A stretch of DNA of 64,000 nt from an uncultured bacterium (lineage in GTDB: Bacteria; Omnitrophota; Gorgyraeia; Duberdicusellales; CBEUCJ01): NCBI GenBank assembly GCA_965541615.1, contig CBEUCJ010000002.1, positions 223,795-287,794 of the forward strand, written 5' to 3'. Position 1 is the first letter of the stretch; each line of letters starts with the position of its first letter. The translations under genes and the position numbers were made by a program. Below, one piece after another: positions 1 to 11,727 of the stretch. Below the pieces are notes generated by a model. That model ran no database searches. It was not told where the DNA came from and saw only the letters and a list, made by a program, of their open reading frames with translations.

Positions 1-634
1 AAAGTATTCTTACAAATTTACCTGCTCCTTCAAAGTTCTTATTTAAAAATTCTCTTATAAAACTTTGAGCAGATTGAGCTTGAAGAGGAGTAGCGGTCTT
101 ACCTGTCCCTATTGCCCATACAGGTTCATAAGCAATTATGATCTTTAAAACTTGGTTTTTAGTAAAATCTTTTAAACCTTCTCTTAATTGCCTCTCTAAA
201 ACTTGAAGGGTTAGGTTATTTTCTCTTTCTTCTAATGTCTCTCCTACACAAAATATAGGAGTTAGATCCCATTCTAAAGCTGATTTTAATTTTTTGTTTA
301 TTAAAGAATCATCTTCTTTAAAATATTTTCTTCTCTCTGAATGTCCTATTATAACGAATTCACAACCTATGCTTTTGAGCATCTTGGGTGATATTTCACC
401 TGTAAAAGCGCCTTCAGATTCAAAGTACATATTCTGAGCTCCTAATTTTATATTGGTATCTGAAATTATTTTTTTCACATCACTTAAAGCTGTAAAAGGA
501 GGACACACTACAATATCTACTTCTTGAATTTGAGCAACTTCTTTTTTAATCTGGTTAACTAAATCGACAGCTTCCTCATTTGTTTTGTGCATCTTCCAGT
601 TACCAGCTATTAAGATCTTTCTTTCTTTACTCAT
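1..634 (-). CDS. tpiA: Triosephosphate isomerase (3' end runs off the window; not in ORF track)
   Basis: Manual translation from ATG at 634: [18 protein letters not shown]...GAQNMY...GAFTGEISP...IIGHSERR...[13 protein letters not shown]; overlaps pgk stop; gap-pgk-tpi order. Confidence 0.97.
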   Translation of the reverse strand, partial: MSKERKILIAGNWKMHKTNEEAVDLVNQIKKEVAQIQEVDIVVCPPFTALSDVKKIISDTNIKLGAQNMYFESEGAFTGEISPKMLKSIGCEFVIIGHSERRKYFKEDDSLINKKLKSALEWDLTPIFCVGETLEERENNLTLQVLERQLREGLKDFTKNQVLKIIIAYEPVWAIGTGKTATPLQAQSAQSFIREFLNKNFEGAGKFVRIL

Positions 635-1820
635 CTTCAATGGCACTAATTCCTGGTAAGTCTTTTCCTTCTAAAAATTCTAAACTCGCTCCTCCTCCTG
701 TAGAGACATGAGTTAGTTTATCTTTTACTTTAAATTTTGCAACAGCTGAAGCACTATCTCCTCCTCCTATTACAGTCGTAACTCCTTTAGAAGTTAAATC
801 TGCTAAATACAAAGCTAACTCTTTTGTGCCTTGTGAAAAATCATCTTTCTCAAAGACTCCTATAGGTCCATTCCATAAAATAGTTCTTGCTGTCTTTAAC
901 TCTTCTTTAAAAAGCTCAATAGTTTTTGGACCAATATCTAAGCCCATAAAACCTTCAGGAATTTCATTATCAGTTACTCTTTTAGTCTCAGGCTTATCTA
1001 AACTTTGAGCTACTATGTGGTCTTGAGGTAAAATTATTTTTACTCCTTTACTTTGAGCAAGTTCTAAGATTCTGGTAGCTAAATCTAATTTATCTGCTTC
1101 TATTTTTGAATTACCAATATTTATTCCTTTTGTTTTCAAGAAAGTATAACTCATTGCTCCACCAATTAAAATTTTATCTACTTTATCTAAAAGATTTTCT
1201 ATTACTCTGATCTTATCTGAGACTTTAGCTCCTCCTAAAATAGCAACAAAAGGTTTATCAGGATTTAAAATAATTTTACTTAAATATTTTATCTCCTTTT
1301 CCATTAGAAACCCTATACAAGAAGGTAAAAACTTTGCTACAATACAAGTTGAAGCATGTGCACGGTGAGCTGTCCCAAAGGCATCGTTTACATAGATATC
1401 GGCTAATTCAGCTAACTCTTTTGCAAAATTTTCATCTCCTTTCTCTTCTTCTGGATGGAACCTTAAATTCTCTAAGAGTATCAATCTTATTTGTGTAGAT
1501 TCTATTTGAGCTTTTATTTCTTCTCCTACACAATCATCTAATTTTAAAATATTTTGGCCTAAAAGTTCTTTTAGTTTTTGAGCAACAGGATCCATTCTTA
1601 AAGATTCTACTACTTTCCCTTTTGGTCTTCCTAAATGTGAACATAAAATAACTTTTTTGGCTCCATTTTCTAAAAGATATTTTATTGTAGGAAGGGCTTC
1701 TCTAATCCTTGTGTCATCTGCGACTTTATTATCTTCTAAAGGAACGTTAAAATCTACTCTCACCAAAACTTTCTTGTCTCTAAAATCAAAACTCTTTAAA
1801 GTTTTTTTATTAAGGTTCAT
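627..1820 (-). CDS. pgk: Phosphoglycerate kinase
   Basis: [48 protein letters not shown] motifs; AAGGAGG SD upstream. Confidence 0.99.
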   Translation of the reverse strand: MNLNKKTLKSFDFRDKKVLVRVDFNVPLEDNKVADDTRIREALPTIKYLLENGAKKVILCSHLGRPKGKVVESLRMDPVAQKLKELLGQNILKLDDCVGEEIKAQIESTQIRLILLENLRFHPEEEKGDENFAKELAELADIYVNDAFGTAHRAHASTCIVAKFLPSCIGFLMEKEIKYLSKIILNPDKPFVAILGGAKVSDKIRVIENLLDKVDKILIGGAMSYTFLKTKGINIGNSKIEADKLDLATRILELAQSKGVKIILPQDHIVAQSLDKPETKRVTDNEIPEGFMGLDIGPKTIELFKEELKTARTILWNGPIGVFEKDDFSQGTKELALYLADLTSKGVTTVIGGGDSASAVAKFKVKDKLTHVSTGGGASLEFLEGKDLPGISAIEDE

Positions 1821-1857
1821 ACCAAAAACCCCTCCTTTTTAAAAAATTACAATAGAC

Positions 1858-3873
<2,016 letters not shown>

Positions 3874-3881
<8 letters not shown>

Positions 3882-4899
3882 TTTCTATCTCCCTTAAAAC
3901 TTTAGCAGCTTCTTCTGGAGGAGTAGGACAGATATAAAAGCCTGTTCCCCATTCAAAACCTGCTACTCTGGTCAAGCGAGGTGTAATTTCAATATGCCAG
4001 TGATAATCATGAAGAATCGTTCGCCAGTAACCAGGTCTCTTTCTCCTGTAAGGAGCTGTATGGAGAACAAAATTGTAAGGAGGATCATTTAAACTAATCT
4101 TTAATCTTAAAAAAACCTCTTTTATTGCCTGAGCGCAAAGTTTTAACTCCTCTTCATTACACTTTTGGAAATCACAGCTGTGATTTTTAGGTAAAACCCA
4201 AACCTCAAAAGGAAACCTTGAAGCAAAAGGGCAAAAACAAAAAAAGCCTTCATTCTCATACACCAATCTTTTTTTCTGCTCAGATTCTTGTCTTATCATA
4301 TCACAAAAGATACACCTATCATGGTATTCAAAGTATCTCCTCGCACCTACCAATTCTTCTTTTACTCTTTTAGGAATTATAGGAGAAGCTATTAGATTGC
4401 TCCTTGCATGTTTAATCTTTCCTGCTCCTGCTAAGTATCCATAGTTTTTGTATATTAATACGTATCTTAATCTGGGATCATTTTCTAAATCTACTAATCT
4501 CTCTTTGTAAGCAGTCAATATCAAGAATATTTGTTCAGGTTCTAAATCTGCTATATTGTAAATATGTTGAGGAGTCTCTATTATTACTTCGTGAGCTCCT
4601 ACTCCATTTAGAATATCATAAAGTCCTCTTCCTCTGGGATCTAAATCTCCTTCTATTCTTAACAAAGGAGCTATACTTGGAACTACCCTCACTTTCCAAC
4701 CAGGTTTGTTTTTCTCTGAATTATTATCTCTAATTGCAAAGATTTCTGGAGGGGTGCAATCTTCTTTTCCTTCACAAAAAGGACAATCTCTTTCAGGAGG
4801 TTCTTTTATTCTAGTCTTAAAATCTTTGGGTCTTTTTGCTCTCTCTGTAGAAATTATTACCCATCTACCGATTATAGGATCCTTTCTTAACTCAGGCAT
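3874..4899 (-). CDS. GalT-family paralogue with degenerate catalytic motif
   Basis: Same scaffold as the neighbour (MPELRKDP, CPFC, GAHEVIIE, YHWHIEI, AGFEWGTG) but HARSN in place of HPHSQ. Confidence 0.88.
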
Positions 4900-4933
4900 T
4901 TTTATCCTTTGGGTTTAGATATGTAATAGCTAT

Positions 4934-4961
4934 ATTATATCAACTTCAAAACTTATTTCAA
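4934..4961 (-). promoter_or_regulatory. Sigma70-type promoter for the galT-like/galT/gap/pgk/tpiA operon
   Basis: Minus strand TTGAAA-16 nt-TATAAT with extended -10 TG; AAGGA SD before ATG 4899. Confidence 0.6.
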
Positions 4962-4991
4962 ATTTAATTTTATTTTTGTAAAAACTTTAGT

Positions 4992-4997
4992 TATAAT
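4992..4997 (+). promoter_or_regulatory. -10 box for exeA-like gene, probably leaderless transcript
   Basis: TATAAT 7 nt upstream of ATG 5005, no SD; only a weak -35 (TTTATT). Confidence 0.45.
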
Positions 4998-5004
4998 TTT
5001 ATTA

Positions 5005-5802
5005 ATGTATTTAGAATTTTTTGGTCTAAAAGAATTTCCATTTGAAATAACTAGTGACCCAGATTACTTTTACCAAAGTCAAAAGCACAAAAGAGCTGTT
5101 GCTTGTTTAATTTACGGAATAAAATACAGAAAAGGGATAATAACCATTACAGGAGATGTGGGTACTGGTAAAACTACTCTGTGTAAATACCTCCTTTCAA
5201 AACTCTCTAAGGAAATAAAGACCTCTTTTATTCTCAATCCTTATTTCTCAGATGTCCAACTTCTCAATCTAATAGCTCAAGATTTTGGTTTAAAACCTAA
5301 AAGAAAGAATAGATTAGATATAGTTAAAGAACTAACTGATTTTTTGTTAGAAGTAAATTCTTTGGGTGGGAACGCTGTCTTAATTATTGATGAAGCTCAG
5401 AATTTAAAACCAAGACAATTAGAACAAATAAGGCTTCTTTCTAACTTAGAAACGAACAAACACAAATTACTTCAAATAATCTTAGTTGGACAAAATGAAT
5501 TAGAAGATATTTTGAAATCTGAAAATTTAAGACAGATTTCTCAAAGAATTGCGGTAAAATTTAATATAACACCTTTAGAATTTGAAGAGATTAAACCTTA
5601 TATATTACACAGGTTAAAGACTGCAGGTGCTCAAAGAGAAATCTTTAAACCTGAATGCTATGAACTTATTTATGAATTTTCAAAGGGAGTTCCAAGAAAG
5701 ATAAATATTCTGTGTGATAGAGCTCTTTTGGCAGGATTTGTAGAGAATGAAAAAATAATAAATAAAGAGATAATATTAAAATGTATTGAAGAATTGAAAT
5801 GA
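5005..5802 (+). CDS. exeA: ExeA/GspA-family AAA ATPase (no C-terminal peptidoglycan-binding domain)
   Basis: MYLEFFGLKEFPF start, GDVGTGKT Walker A, LIIDEAQNL Walker B, LRQISQRI, GVPRKINILCDRALL. Confidence 0.88.
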   Translation: MYLEFFGLKEFPFEITSDPDYFYQSQKHKRAVACLIYGIKYRKGIITITGDVGTGKTTLCKYLLSKLSKEIKTSFILNPYFSDVQLLNLIAQDFGLKPKRKNRLDIVKELTDFLLEVNSLGGNAVLIIDEAQNLKPRQLEQIRLLSNLETNKHKLLQIILVGQNELEDILKSENLRQISQRIAVKFNITPLEFEEIKPYILHRLKTAGAQREIFKPECYELIYEFSKGVPRKINILCDRALLAGFVENEKIINKEIILKCIEELK

Positions 5803-6191
5803 GTATAATTTACGATGCTTTAAAGAAACTTGAAGATTCTAAAAAAAATAAAAATTCAACTGATAAGAAAAATACAAATTTATTAAAAGTCTTTTTGTTA
5901 ATATCGTTGTTAGGGATGGGAGGAGTAGGTTTATTTTTCTTTCAAAAGTATTTTAAGAGTTCAAGAAAGGTCAAATTTAAAATCATAAAGACCAATAAAA
6001 GAAAAGATTTTAAAATTCCTTTTATAAAAATTGAAGGAATTTTATATCAAGAAAAGAACCCTCTTGTTTTATATAAAGGAAAAATCTTTAAAGAAGGAGA
6101 TGTAATTAAAGGAGCTAAAATCATTAAAATAAATGAGAATGAAGTTATTTTTGAATATAAAGGTAAAGAATTTAAGATCCTCGTTGAATAA
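5799..6191 (+). CDS. ExeB/GspB-like membrane protein
   Basis: MSIIYDALKK N-terminus typical of GspB, one TM helix, C-terminal IEGILY...GDVIKGAKIIKI domain; ATGA overlap with exeA. Confidence 0.7.
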   Translation: MSIIYDALKKLEDSKKNKNSTDKKNTNLLKVFLLISLLGMGGVGLFFFQKYFKSSRKVKFKIIKTNKRKDFKIPFIKIEGILYQEKNPLVLYKGKIFKEGDVIKGAKIIKINENEVIFEYKGKEFKILVE

Positions 6192-7254
6192 CTTCCTTTA
6201 TTAAACTTAAATCTACATCCTCAAATACCTTTGCTTTGCCTATTTTTAAAGGTAAGACCATTCTTATTCTGCCTCTTTTAAACTTTTTATCTTTTAAAAG
6301 AGATTGGATTAATAAAGATGGTGGAATCTTTTTTATCTTTGTAGGAAGCCCCATTTTTTCTAAGATAGTTTTTACTTCCCAATATACTTTTTCTTTACAT
6401 ATTCCCATTTTCAAAGCTATCTGAGTAGCTAAAACCATACCTATACTTATGGCTTCTCCATGAGAGTATTTTTTATAAAAAGTAGCTGATTCTATAGCGT
6501 GTCCTATAGTGTGCCCAAAATTTAGAATAGTCCTTATTCCCTTTGTCTCTTTTTCATCTAATTCTATTATCTTCTTTTTAATATTTATACATTCATAAAT
6601 TATTTTAAAAAGCACTTTTCTATTTAACTTTAAGAATCTTTCTAAATTGTCTCTTAAATAATAGAATAACTCTTTACTTTTAATTACACCATACTTTACT
6701 ATTTCAGCTCCTCCATTTATTATTTCTTTCATAGATAAAGTCTCTAAAAAACCTAAATAACTTATCACAGCTTTTGGCTGATAAAAACTTCCTACCATGT
6801 TTTTAGCAGATTCTAAATCGATGCCTGTTTTTCCTCCAATTGAAGAGTCTACCTGAGCTAAAAGTGTGGTGGGTATCTGAATGTAAGGTACACCTCTTCT
6901 ATATACTGAAGCAGAAAATCCAACTAAATCTCCTATCACTCCTCCTCCAAGAGCAGTAAAAAACAGATCTCCCAGTCTATCAAAATTTACAGCTTCTTGT
7001 GTTAACTTCATAAAATAATAAAAAGATTTTGCTCTCTCAGAATCTGGAACAAAAAACACTTTAATTTTTTTATCTTTTAAAGGATCTAATACTTTGTTTA
7101 AAAAAAGAGAAGCTATCTTTTTGTTAGTGACTACCAGAGCTCTTGAAGGTAAATCTAATTTTGAGATGATCTTTTTAAAATTTTGAGAAAAGTTTTCCTT
7201 TAGAAGATAGACAGAATATGGACTCTCTTTGAGATTAACTTTTATCTCTGTCAC
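6172..7254 (-). CDS. aroB: 3-dehydroquinate synthase
   Basis: GGGVIGDL, PTTLLAQVDSSIGGKTG, LNFGHTIGHAIE, HGEAI. Confidence 0.97.
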   Translation of the reverse strand: MTEIKVNLKESPYSVYLLKENFSQNFKKIISKLDLPSRALVVTNKKIASLFLNKVLDPLKDKKIKVFFVPDSERAKSFYYFMKLTQEAVNFDRLGDLFFTALGGGVIGDLVGFSASVYRRGVPYIQIPTTLLAQVDSSIGGKTGIDLESAKNMVGSFYQPKAVISYLGFLETLSMKEIINGGAEIVKYGVIKSKELFYYLRDNLERFLKLNRKVLFKIIYECINIKKKIIELDEKETKGIRTILNFGHTIGHAIESATFYKKYSHGEAISIGMVLATQIALKMGICKEKVYWEVKTILEKMGLPTKIKKIPPSLLIQSLLKDKKFKRGRIRMVLPLKIGKAKVFEDVDLSLIKEVIQRGS

Positions 7255-7257
7255 TTT

Positions 7258-7863
7258 TTAAAGAATTAAAGAATATAGAAAATTTACAATTGGTAACAAT
7301 AACCAATCGCCTATTCCTAAAAATAATAAAATGATGATAATTATAAACCCATAAGGTTCGATCATAGAATACTTTAAAGACCAAGGATAAGGTAAAAGTC
7401 CACTTAAAATTCTTGAACCATCTAATGGAGGGATAGGTATCAAATTAAATACACATAAAAGTAAATTTAAAAATATTAACTCAGGAAGAATAATTTTAAA
7501 AAAGGGAATAAAAGATAGAATTCTGTAAAGTATACCTAATAATACTGCAAAAAGAAAATTAGCTAAAGGTCCTGCCAATGCTATTTGAACTATATCTTTT
7601 TTAGGATTCCTCAACAACCAAGTATTAATAGGAACTGGCTTTGCCCAACCAAACACAACAGGTGAACCAGATATTATTAAAAACAAAGGTAAAAGAAATG
7701 TTCCTATTGGATCTATGTGGGCTAAAGGGTTTAAAGTCAATCTTCCTGAAAATTTAGCAGTAGGGTCTCCTTTCTTATAAGCTACAAATCCATGAGCAAA
7801 CTCATGGACAGTTAAAGCTATAAAAAACATGAAAAAAGAGAATATCAATTTAATTATTAACAT
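7258..7863 (-). CDS. Site-2 protease family (M50) membrane metalloprotease
   Basis: HEFAHG, GRLTLNPLAHIDP, AGPLAN, FNLIPIPPLDGS. Confidence 0.93.
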   Translation of the reverse strand: MLIIKLIFSFFMFFIALTVHEFAHGFVAYKKGDPTAKFSGRLTLNPLAHIDPIGTFLLPLFLIISGSPVVFGWAKPVPINTWLLRNPKKDIVQIALAGPLANFLFAVLLGILYRILSFIPFFKIILPELIFLNLLLCVFNLIPIPPLDGSRILSGLLPYPWSLKYSMIEPYGFIIIIILLFLGIGDWLLLPIVNFLYSLIL

Positions 7864-8563
7864 CTTTTAATATCTTTATACTTTTTAATACGAACTTTTT
7901 ATTTTCAGAAATGTAACCTCTCATCTTTATTCTTTTACCTATAAATTTATCTAAATTCCTAAAAGTCTTTATTTTATATATTTTGTCAGGTGTCTTTAAA
8001 AAATAAAATCCATCTTCTTTTGTAAAAAAACCTATAAACTCTACAAACTTTTTCTCTAAATCTTTTTTAGAACTCTTTACATTAGACTGATCTTCTTTCT
8101 TATCAGACTTTAAAAGTTTAACAAATTTTTTATGCACATAACCATAGCATTTTAAAGTAGGAGTTATCTTGTAAAAATCTTTATTTATCCCTAATATCTC
8201 AACTTCTTCTCCTTTAGATAATCTACCCACAATCTCTGAATCCAAAGAAGGTCTGATCCTTATATTTACATTTGTAGCTGTGCATATTCCTTTTCTGCCC
8301 TTCCTTTTTAAATAATCTTTATAAACATAGCATGAACATTTTTTAGGAAGTACAACTTTATACCATTCATATCTTTTGCCAATAATATTTACCCTTTCTC
8401 CTTTATTCAATTTACATATAATCTGAGAAGTAATTCTTGAATCAGACCTTAAATTTATACCATCATGTGTTATATATCCTAAGGTAAAACAAAAAGCATT
8501 AGTTATAAATAAAGTAATAAAAATTACCAAACTAATAGATTTCATAAAATTTTCTGATCTCAA
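7850..8563 (-). CDS. Exported protein with two bacterial SH3 domains (true start may be ATG 8545)
   Basis: Signal-like N-terminus; two repeats of INLR...LxKGExV...WYK/FYK...YV. Confidence 0.8.
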   Translation of the reverse strand: MRSENFMKSISLVIFITLFITNAFCFTLGYITHDGINLRSDSRITSQIICKLNKGERVNIIGKRYEWYKVVLPKKCSCYVYKDYLKRKGRKGICTATNVNIRIRPSLDSEIVGRLSKGEEVEILGINKDFYKITPTLKCYGYVHKKFVKLLKSDKKEDQSNVKSSKKDLEKKFVEFIGFFTKEDGFYFLKTPDKIYKIKTFRNLDKFIGKRIKMRGYISENKKFVLKSIKILKDVNN

Positions 8564-8574
8564 AATATAGACCT

Positions 8575-8787
8575 TTAACCTTGCTTTGTTTCTTCCTCTT
8601 TCTTTTCTTCTTTTACAGTCTTTTTAATCTTTACTTTAGCAACCTTTATCTTAGGGAGGCCAAAAACAGGAACTTCATCTATTTTTTTGCCTTTTTCTAC
8701 TAACAACTTTATCCTCTCCATTCTTGAAAGCACAGATTTTTGAGCTCCTTTCTTATCTGCACTTTTTAAAGAAGAATGAAGAGTCAT
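8575..8787 (-). CDS. PVC-superphylum small basic (signature) protein, TIGR04137-like
   Basis: MTLHSSLK...SVLSRMERIKLL...VFGLPKIK matches my recollection of the family pattern. Confidence 0.8.
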   Translation of the reverse strand: MTLHSSLKSADKKGAQKSVLSRMERIKLLVEKGKKIDEVPVFGLPKIKVAKVKIKKTVKEEKKEEETKQG

Positions 8788-9326
8788 CTTATATACCTCC
8801 TTATAAAACTATCTTTGAATTCCTCTCTTAGCTTACTTAGAAGAATTTCTCCTTCCTTTCTATCTTTAAATTCTCCTGCACATAAAACTATGTAATCTTT
8901 ACTATGTATAATAAAAGCGTTTATTCCTCTTTCTCTTAATTTTTTTAAATATTCTTGAGCGATCTCTTTATTCTTATAAGTGTAAGTAGCTAATTGAACT
9001 GTATACCTGTATTTAAATTCTTCTTTTTTTTCTATCTTCGGTGTATCTTTCACTATCTCCTTTTGAAATTCTTTTGATTTTACAATTTTCTTAGTAACTT
9101 TTTTTTCAAAACTTATTTTTTTAAGGACTGGCTGTTTTAAATTAGTTAGAAAGATTGCCTTTTTAAACCCAGCAGAATACCCTAAACAAAAAACAGTTAC
9201 AATAAAGACTATTAACACTATTAGAAAAGAAAAAAATCTATCTAAATCTATACTTATCTTCATGTTATACTCAGGTTTGGGTTGAACTTTCTTATTTTCA
9301 AATAAAAACATCTGTTTTTGGAGCAT
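8784..9326 (-). CDS. SPOR-domain membrane protein (cell division, FtsN/DedD-like)
   Basis: Single TM followed by GYxxG, linker, C-terminal YTVQLATY...LCAGEF...DSFIR SPOR pattern. Confidence 0.85.
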   Translation of the reverse strand: MLQKQMFLFENKKVQPKPEYNMKISIDLDRFFSFLIVLIVFIVTVFCLGYSAGFKKAIFLTNLKQPVLKKISFEKKVTKKIVKSKEFQKEIVKDTPKIEKKEEFKYRYTVQLATYTYKNKEIAQEYLKKLRERGINAFIIHSKDYIVLCAGEFKDRKEGEILLSKLREEFKDSFIRRYIR

Positions 9327-9336
9327 TTCAAATTTG

Positions 9337-9365
9337 ATTATAAAACAAAAACTCTAAACCTTCAA
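9337..9365 (-). promoter_or_regulatory. Sigma70-type promoter for SPOR operon
   Basis: TTGAAG-17 nt-TATAAT, 10 nt before ATG 9326, no SD. Confidence 0.6.
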
Positions 9366-9398
9366 GGATTTTTGAAAAAGTAGAAAAATTAAAATAAC

Positions 9399-9427
9399 TT
9401 GAATTTAAAGTTTATTAGAATTAAAAT
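9399..9427 (+). promoter_or_regulatory. Sigma70-type promoter for purU
   Basis: TTGAAT-17 nt-TAAAAT, 9 nt before ATG 9437, no SD. Confidence 0.6.
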
Positions 9428-9436
9428 GTTTGAATT

Positions 9437-10288
9437 ATGTGCAATGCAATCCTGTTAATTTCCTGCCCAGATAGAAAAGGAATTTTGGCTAAAATCACAA
9501 ATTTTATATATGAAAATAATGGTAATATTGAACATGCTGATCAACACATAGATACTCAAACTAACACTTTCTTTATGAGAATTGAGTGGTCTTTAAAAGA
9601 TTTTAAAATCAAAAAAGATAAAATCTCAAAAAAGTTTCTTCCTATAGCTAAAGAATTCAATATGAAATGGTCTCTTTATTTTACAGACCAAGTCTTGCGT
9701 ATGGCAATATTCGTATCTAAGCACTTACATTGTTTATATGACTTACTGTTAAGATACGAAAGTGGTCAATTTAAGTGTCAAATCCCTTTAATCATTAGCA
9801 ATCATCCTAATGCCAAAAAAGTAGCTGAAAACTTTGGTATTAAATTTTTTGAATTTCCTATTACGAAAGAAAATAAGATAATTCAAGAAAAAAAGCAGAT
9901 TGAACTTTTAAAAAAAGAAAAAATAGATTTAATAGTTTTAGCAAGATATACTCAAATTTTAACCAAACAATTTGTTAAAGAATTTCCTAACAAGATCATA
10001 AATATTCACCATTCGTTCTTGCCTGCCTTTAAAGGAAGAGCTCCTTACAAACAAGCCTATCAAAGAGGAGTAAAAATAATTGGAGCTACAAGCCACTATG
10101 TAACTGAAGAATTGGACGCCGGTCCCATTATTGAGCAGGATACTGTAAGGATTAGTCACAGAGATTCTCTTAAAGACTTGATTAGAAAAGGTCAAGATTT
10201 AGAAAAAGTAGTATTGAGTAAAGCTGTTAGATGGCATTTAGAAAGAAAGATTCTTGTTTATAATAACAAAACTGTAATTTTTGATTAA
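9437..10288 (+). CDS. purU: Formyltetrahydrofolate deformylase
   Basis: ACT domain [51 protein letters not shown]. Confidence 0.97.
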   Translation: [283 protein letters not shown]

Positions 10289-10308
10289 CTAAAAAGATTA
10301 CCTCAAAA

Positions 10309-10382
10309 TGCGCCTGGGGAGACTCGAACTCCCGCTTACCAGCCTTAGGAGGGCTGAGCTCTTCCTTCTGAGCTACAGGCGC
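10309..10382 (-). tRNA. tRNA-Arg (anticodon CCT), CCA not encoded
   Basis: GCGCCTG/CAGGCGC acceptor stem, CAGCC-CTCCTAA-GGCTG anticodon arm, GGGAG-TTCGAGT-CTCCC T arm; begins 2 nt after the apt stop. Confidence 0.95.
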
Positions 10383-10384
10383 TC

Positions 10385-10900
10385 TCAAAATTTAATTATA
10401 GAATGAACTCTATAACCTGACAAGTTCTTTCTTCCGTTTAAAGCTGTCAATTCTATTAAAAATAGAACAGCCAAAATCTTAGCATTGAATTTTTTACATA
10501 GTTTTATTAGAGCTAAAGCTGTCCCTCCTGTAGCTAACAAATCATCAAAGATTATTACTTTGGAATTCTTTCTTATAGCATCCTGATGAATCTCAAAAGT
10601 CTCTTTACCATATTCTAAGGTATATGAAACTTTATAAGTTTTATAAGGGAGTTTACCTTTCTTTCTTACAGGCACAAATCCACAGTTTAATCTGTAAGCT
10701 AAAGCTCCTCCAAATATAAAACCTCTAGATTCTGGACATACTAAGTAATCTGGTTTTAAATCTTTAACTTCTTTTAAAAGAGCATTTATAGCTTTTTTAA
10801 AAATTTCTTTCTTACCTAAAAGAGGAGTAATATCTCTAAACAATATTCCTTTTTTGGGAAAATCTGGGATAGTTCTTATGTACCTTTCTAATATCTTCAT
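10385..10900 (-). CDS. apt: Adenine phosphoribosyltransferase
   Basis: IPDFPKKGILFRDIT, ESRGF, RKKGKLP, LEYG, DDLLATGGT. Confidence 0.97.
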   Translation of the reverse strand: MKILERYIRTIPDFPKKGILFRDITPLLGKKEIFKKAINALLKEVKDLKPDYLVCPESRGFIFGGALAYRLNCGFVPVRKKGKLPYKTYKVSYTLEYGKETFEIHQDAIRKNSKVIIFDDLLATGGTALALIKLCKKFNAKILAVLFLIELTALNGRKNLSGYRVHSIIKF

Positions 10901-10911
10901 TATCTTCCTCC

Positions 10912-11724
10912 TTATTGAGAAGATTCTATTTTTTCAATAAATTTTTTTAATTTTTCTAAAGCTCTCTCTTCTATTTGTCTTACTCTTTCTCTAGAGATCC
11001 CCAATTTTTTGGCTACTTCTGCTAAAGTCTGTGGAGTTTGGGTTTTTAACCCGAATCTTAAATCTAATATCTCTCTTTCACGTGGAGTTAAAACTTCCAT
11101 TAATTCCAAAATCTCTTGATGTTTTAGAAATCTCTCTACTTCAGATTCTGTTTTTGCTTTTTCATTTTTAATAACTTCAACAAATTCATTTTCTTTATCT
11201 TCACCGATACGAGCTTCTAAAGAGGCTGTCTTTGCCATTAGTATTTCTATCCTTTCTAATTTCTTTTTTGAAATCTTTACTCTCCTTGCGAGTTCTTGTA
11301 ATGTGGGTTCTCTCCCATATTTCTGACAAAACTCTTCTTTTTTCTTTTTTATCTTTGATATCATTTCACTTAAATACACAGGTATCCTTATGGTTTTAGC
11401 CTGTTCAATAATGGCTCTGGTTATAGCTTGTTTTATCCACCATGCTGCATAAGTACTGAATCTAAAGCCTTTGCGTGGATTAAATTTTTCAACTGCTCTC
11501 ATTAAACCCAAATTTCCTTCAGCTATTAAATCTGTTAAAGGTAAACCTAATCCTATATAATGCTTGGCAATATTTACAACTAACTTTAAATTTGCTTCTA
11601 TCATCTTTTTTCTTGCTTCTTTATCTCCCTTTCTTATTTTTCTGGCTAATTCTCTCTCTTCTTTAGGTGTTAATACTGGAATATCTTTTATTTTTTCTAA
11701 ATAGCTTTTAATAGCTTCTTTCAT
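10912..11724 (-). CDS. Sigma-70 family RpoD/RpoS-like sigma factor lacking region 1.1
   Basis: YLEKI region 1.2, [51 protein letters not shown]. Confidence 0.92.
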   Translation of the reverse strand: MKEAIKSYLEKIKDIPVLTPKEERELARKIRKGDKEARKKMIEANLKLVVNIAKHYIGLGLPLTDLIAEGNLGLMRAVEKFNPRKGFRFSTYAAWWIKQAITRAIIEQAKTIRIPVYLSEMISKIKKKKEEFCQKYGREPTLQELARRVKISKKKLERIEILMAKTASLEARIGEDKENEFVEVIKNEKAKTESEVERFLKHQEILELMEVLTPREREILDLRFGLKTQTPQTLAEVAKKLGISRERVRQIEERALEKLKKFIEKIESSQ

Positions 11725-11727
11725 AAA

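Noticed and set aside
10309-10382. tRNA genes as integration sites for islands
   Set aside because: No integrase, no duplicated tRNA 3' end and only housekeeping neighbours at either tRNA
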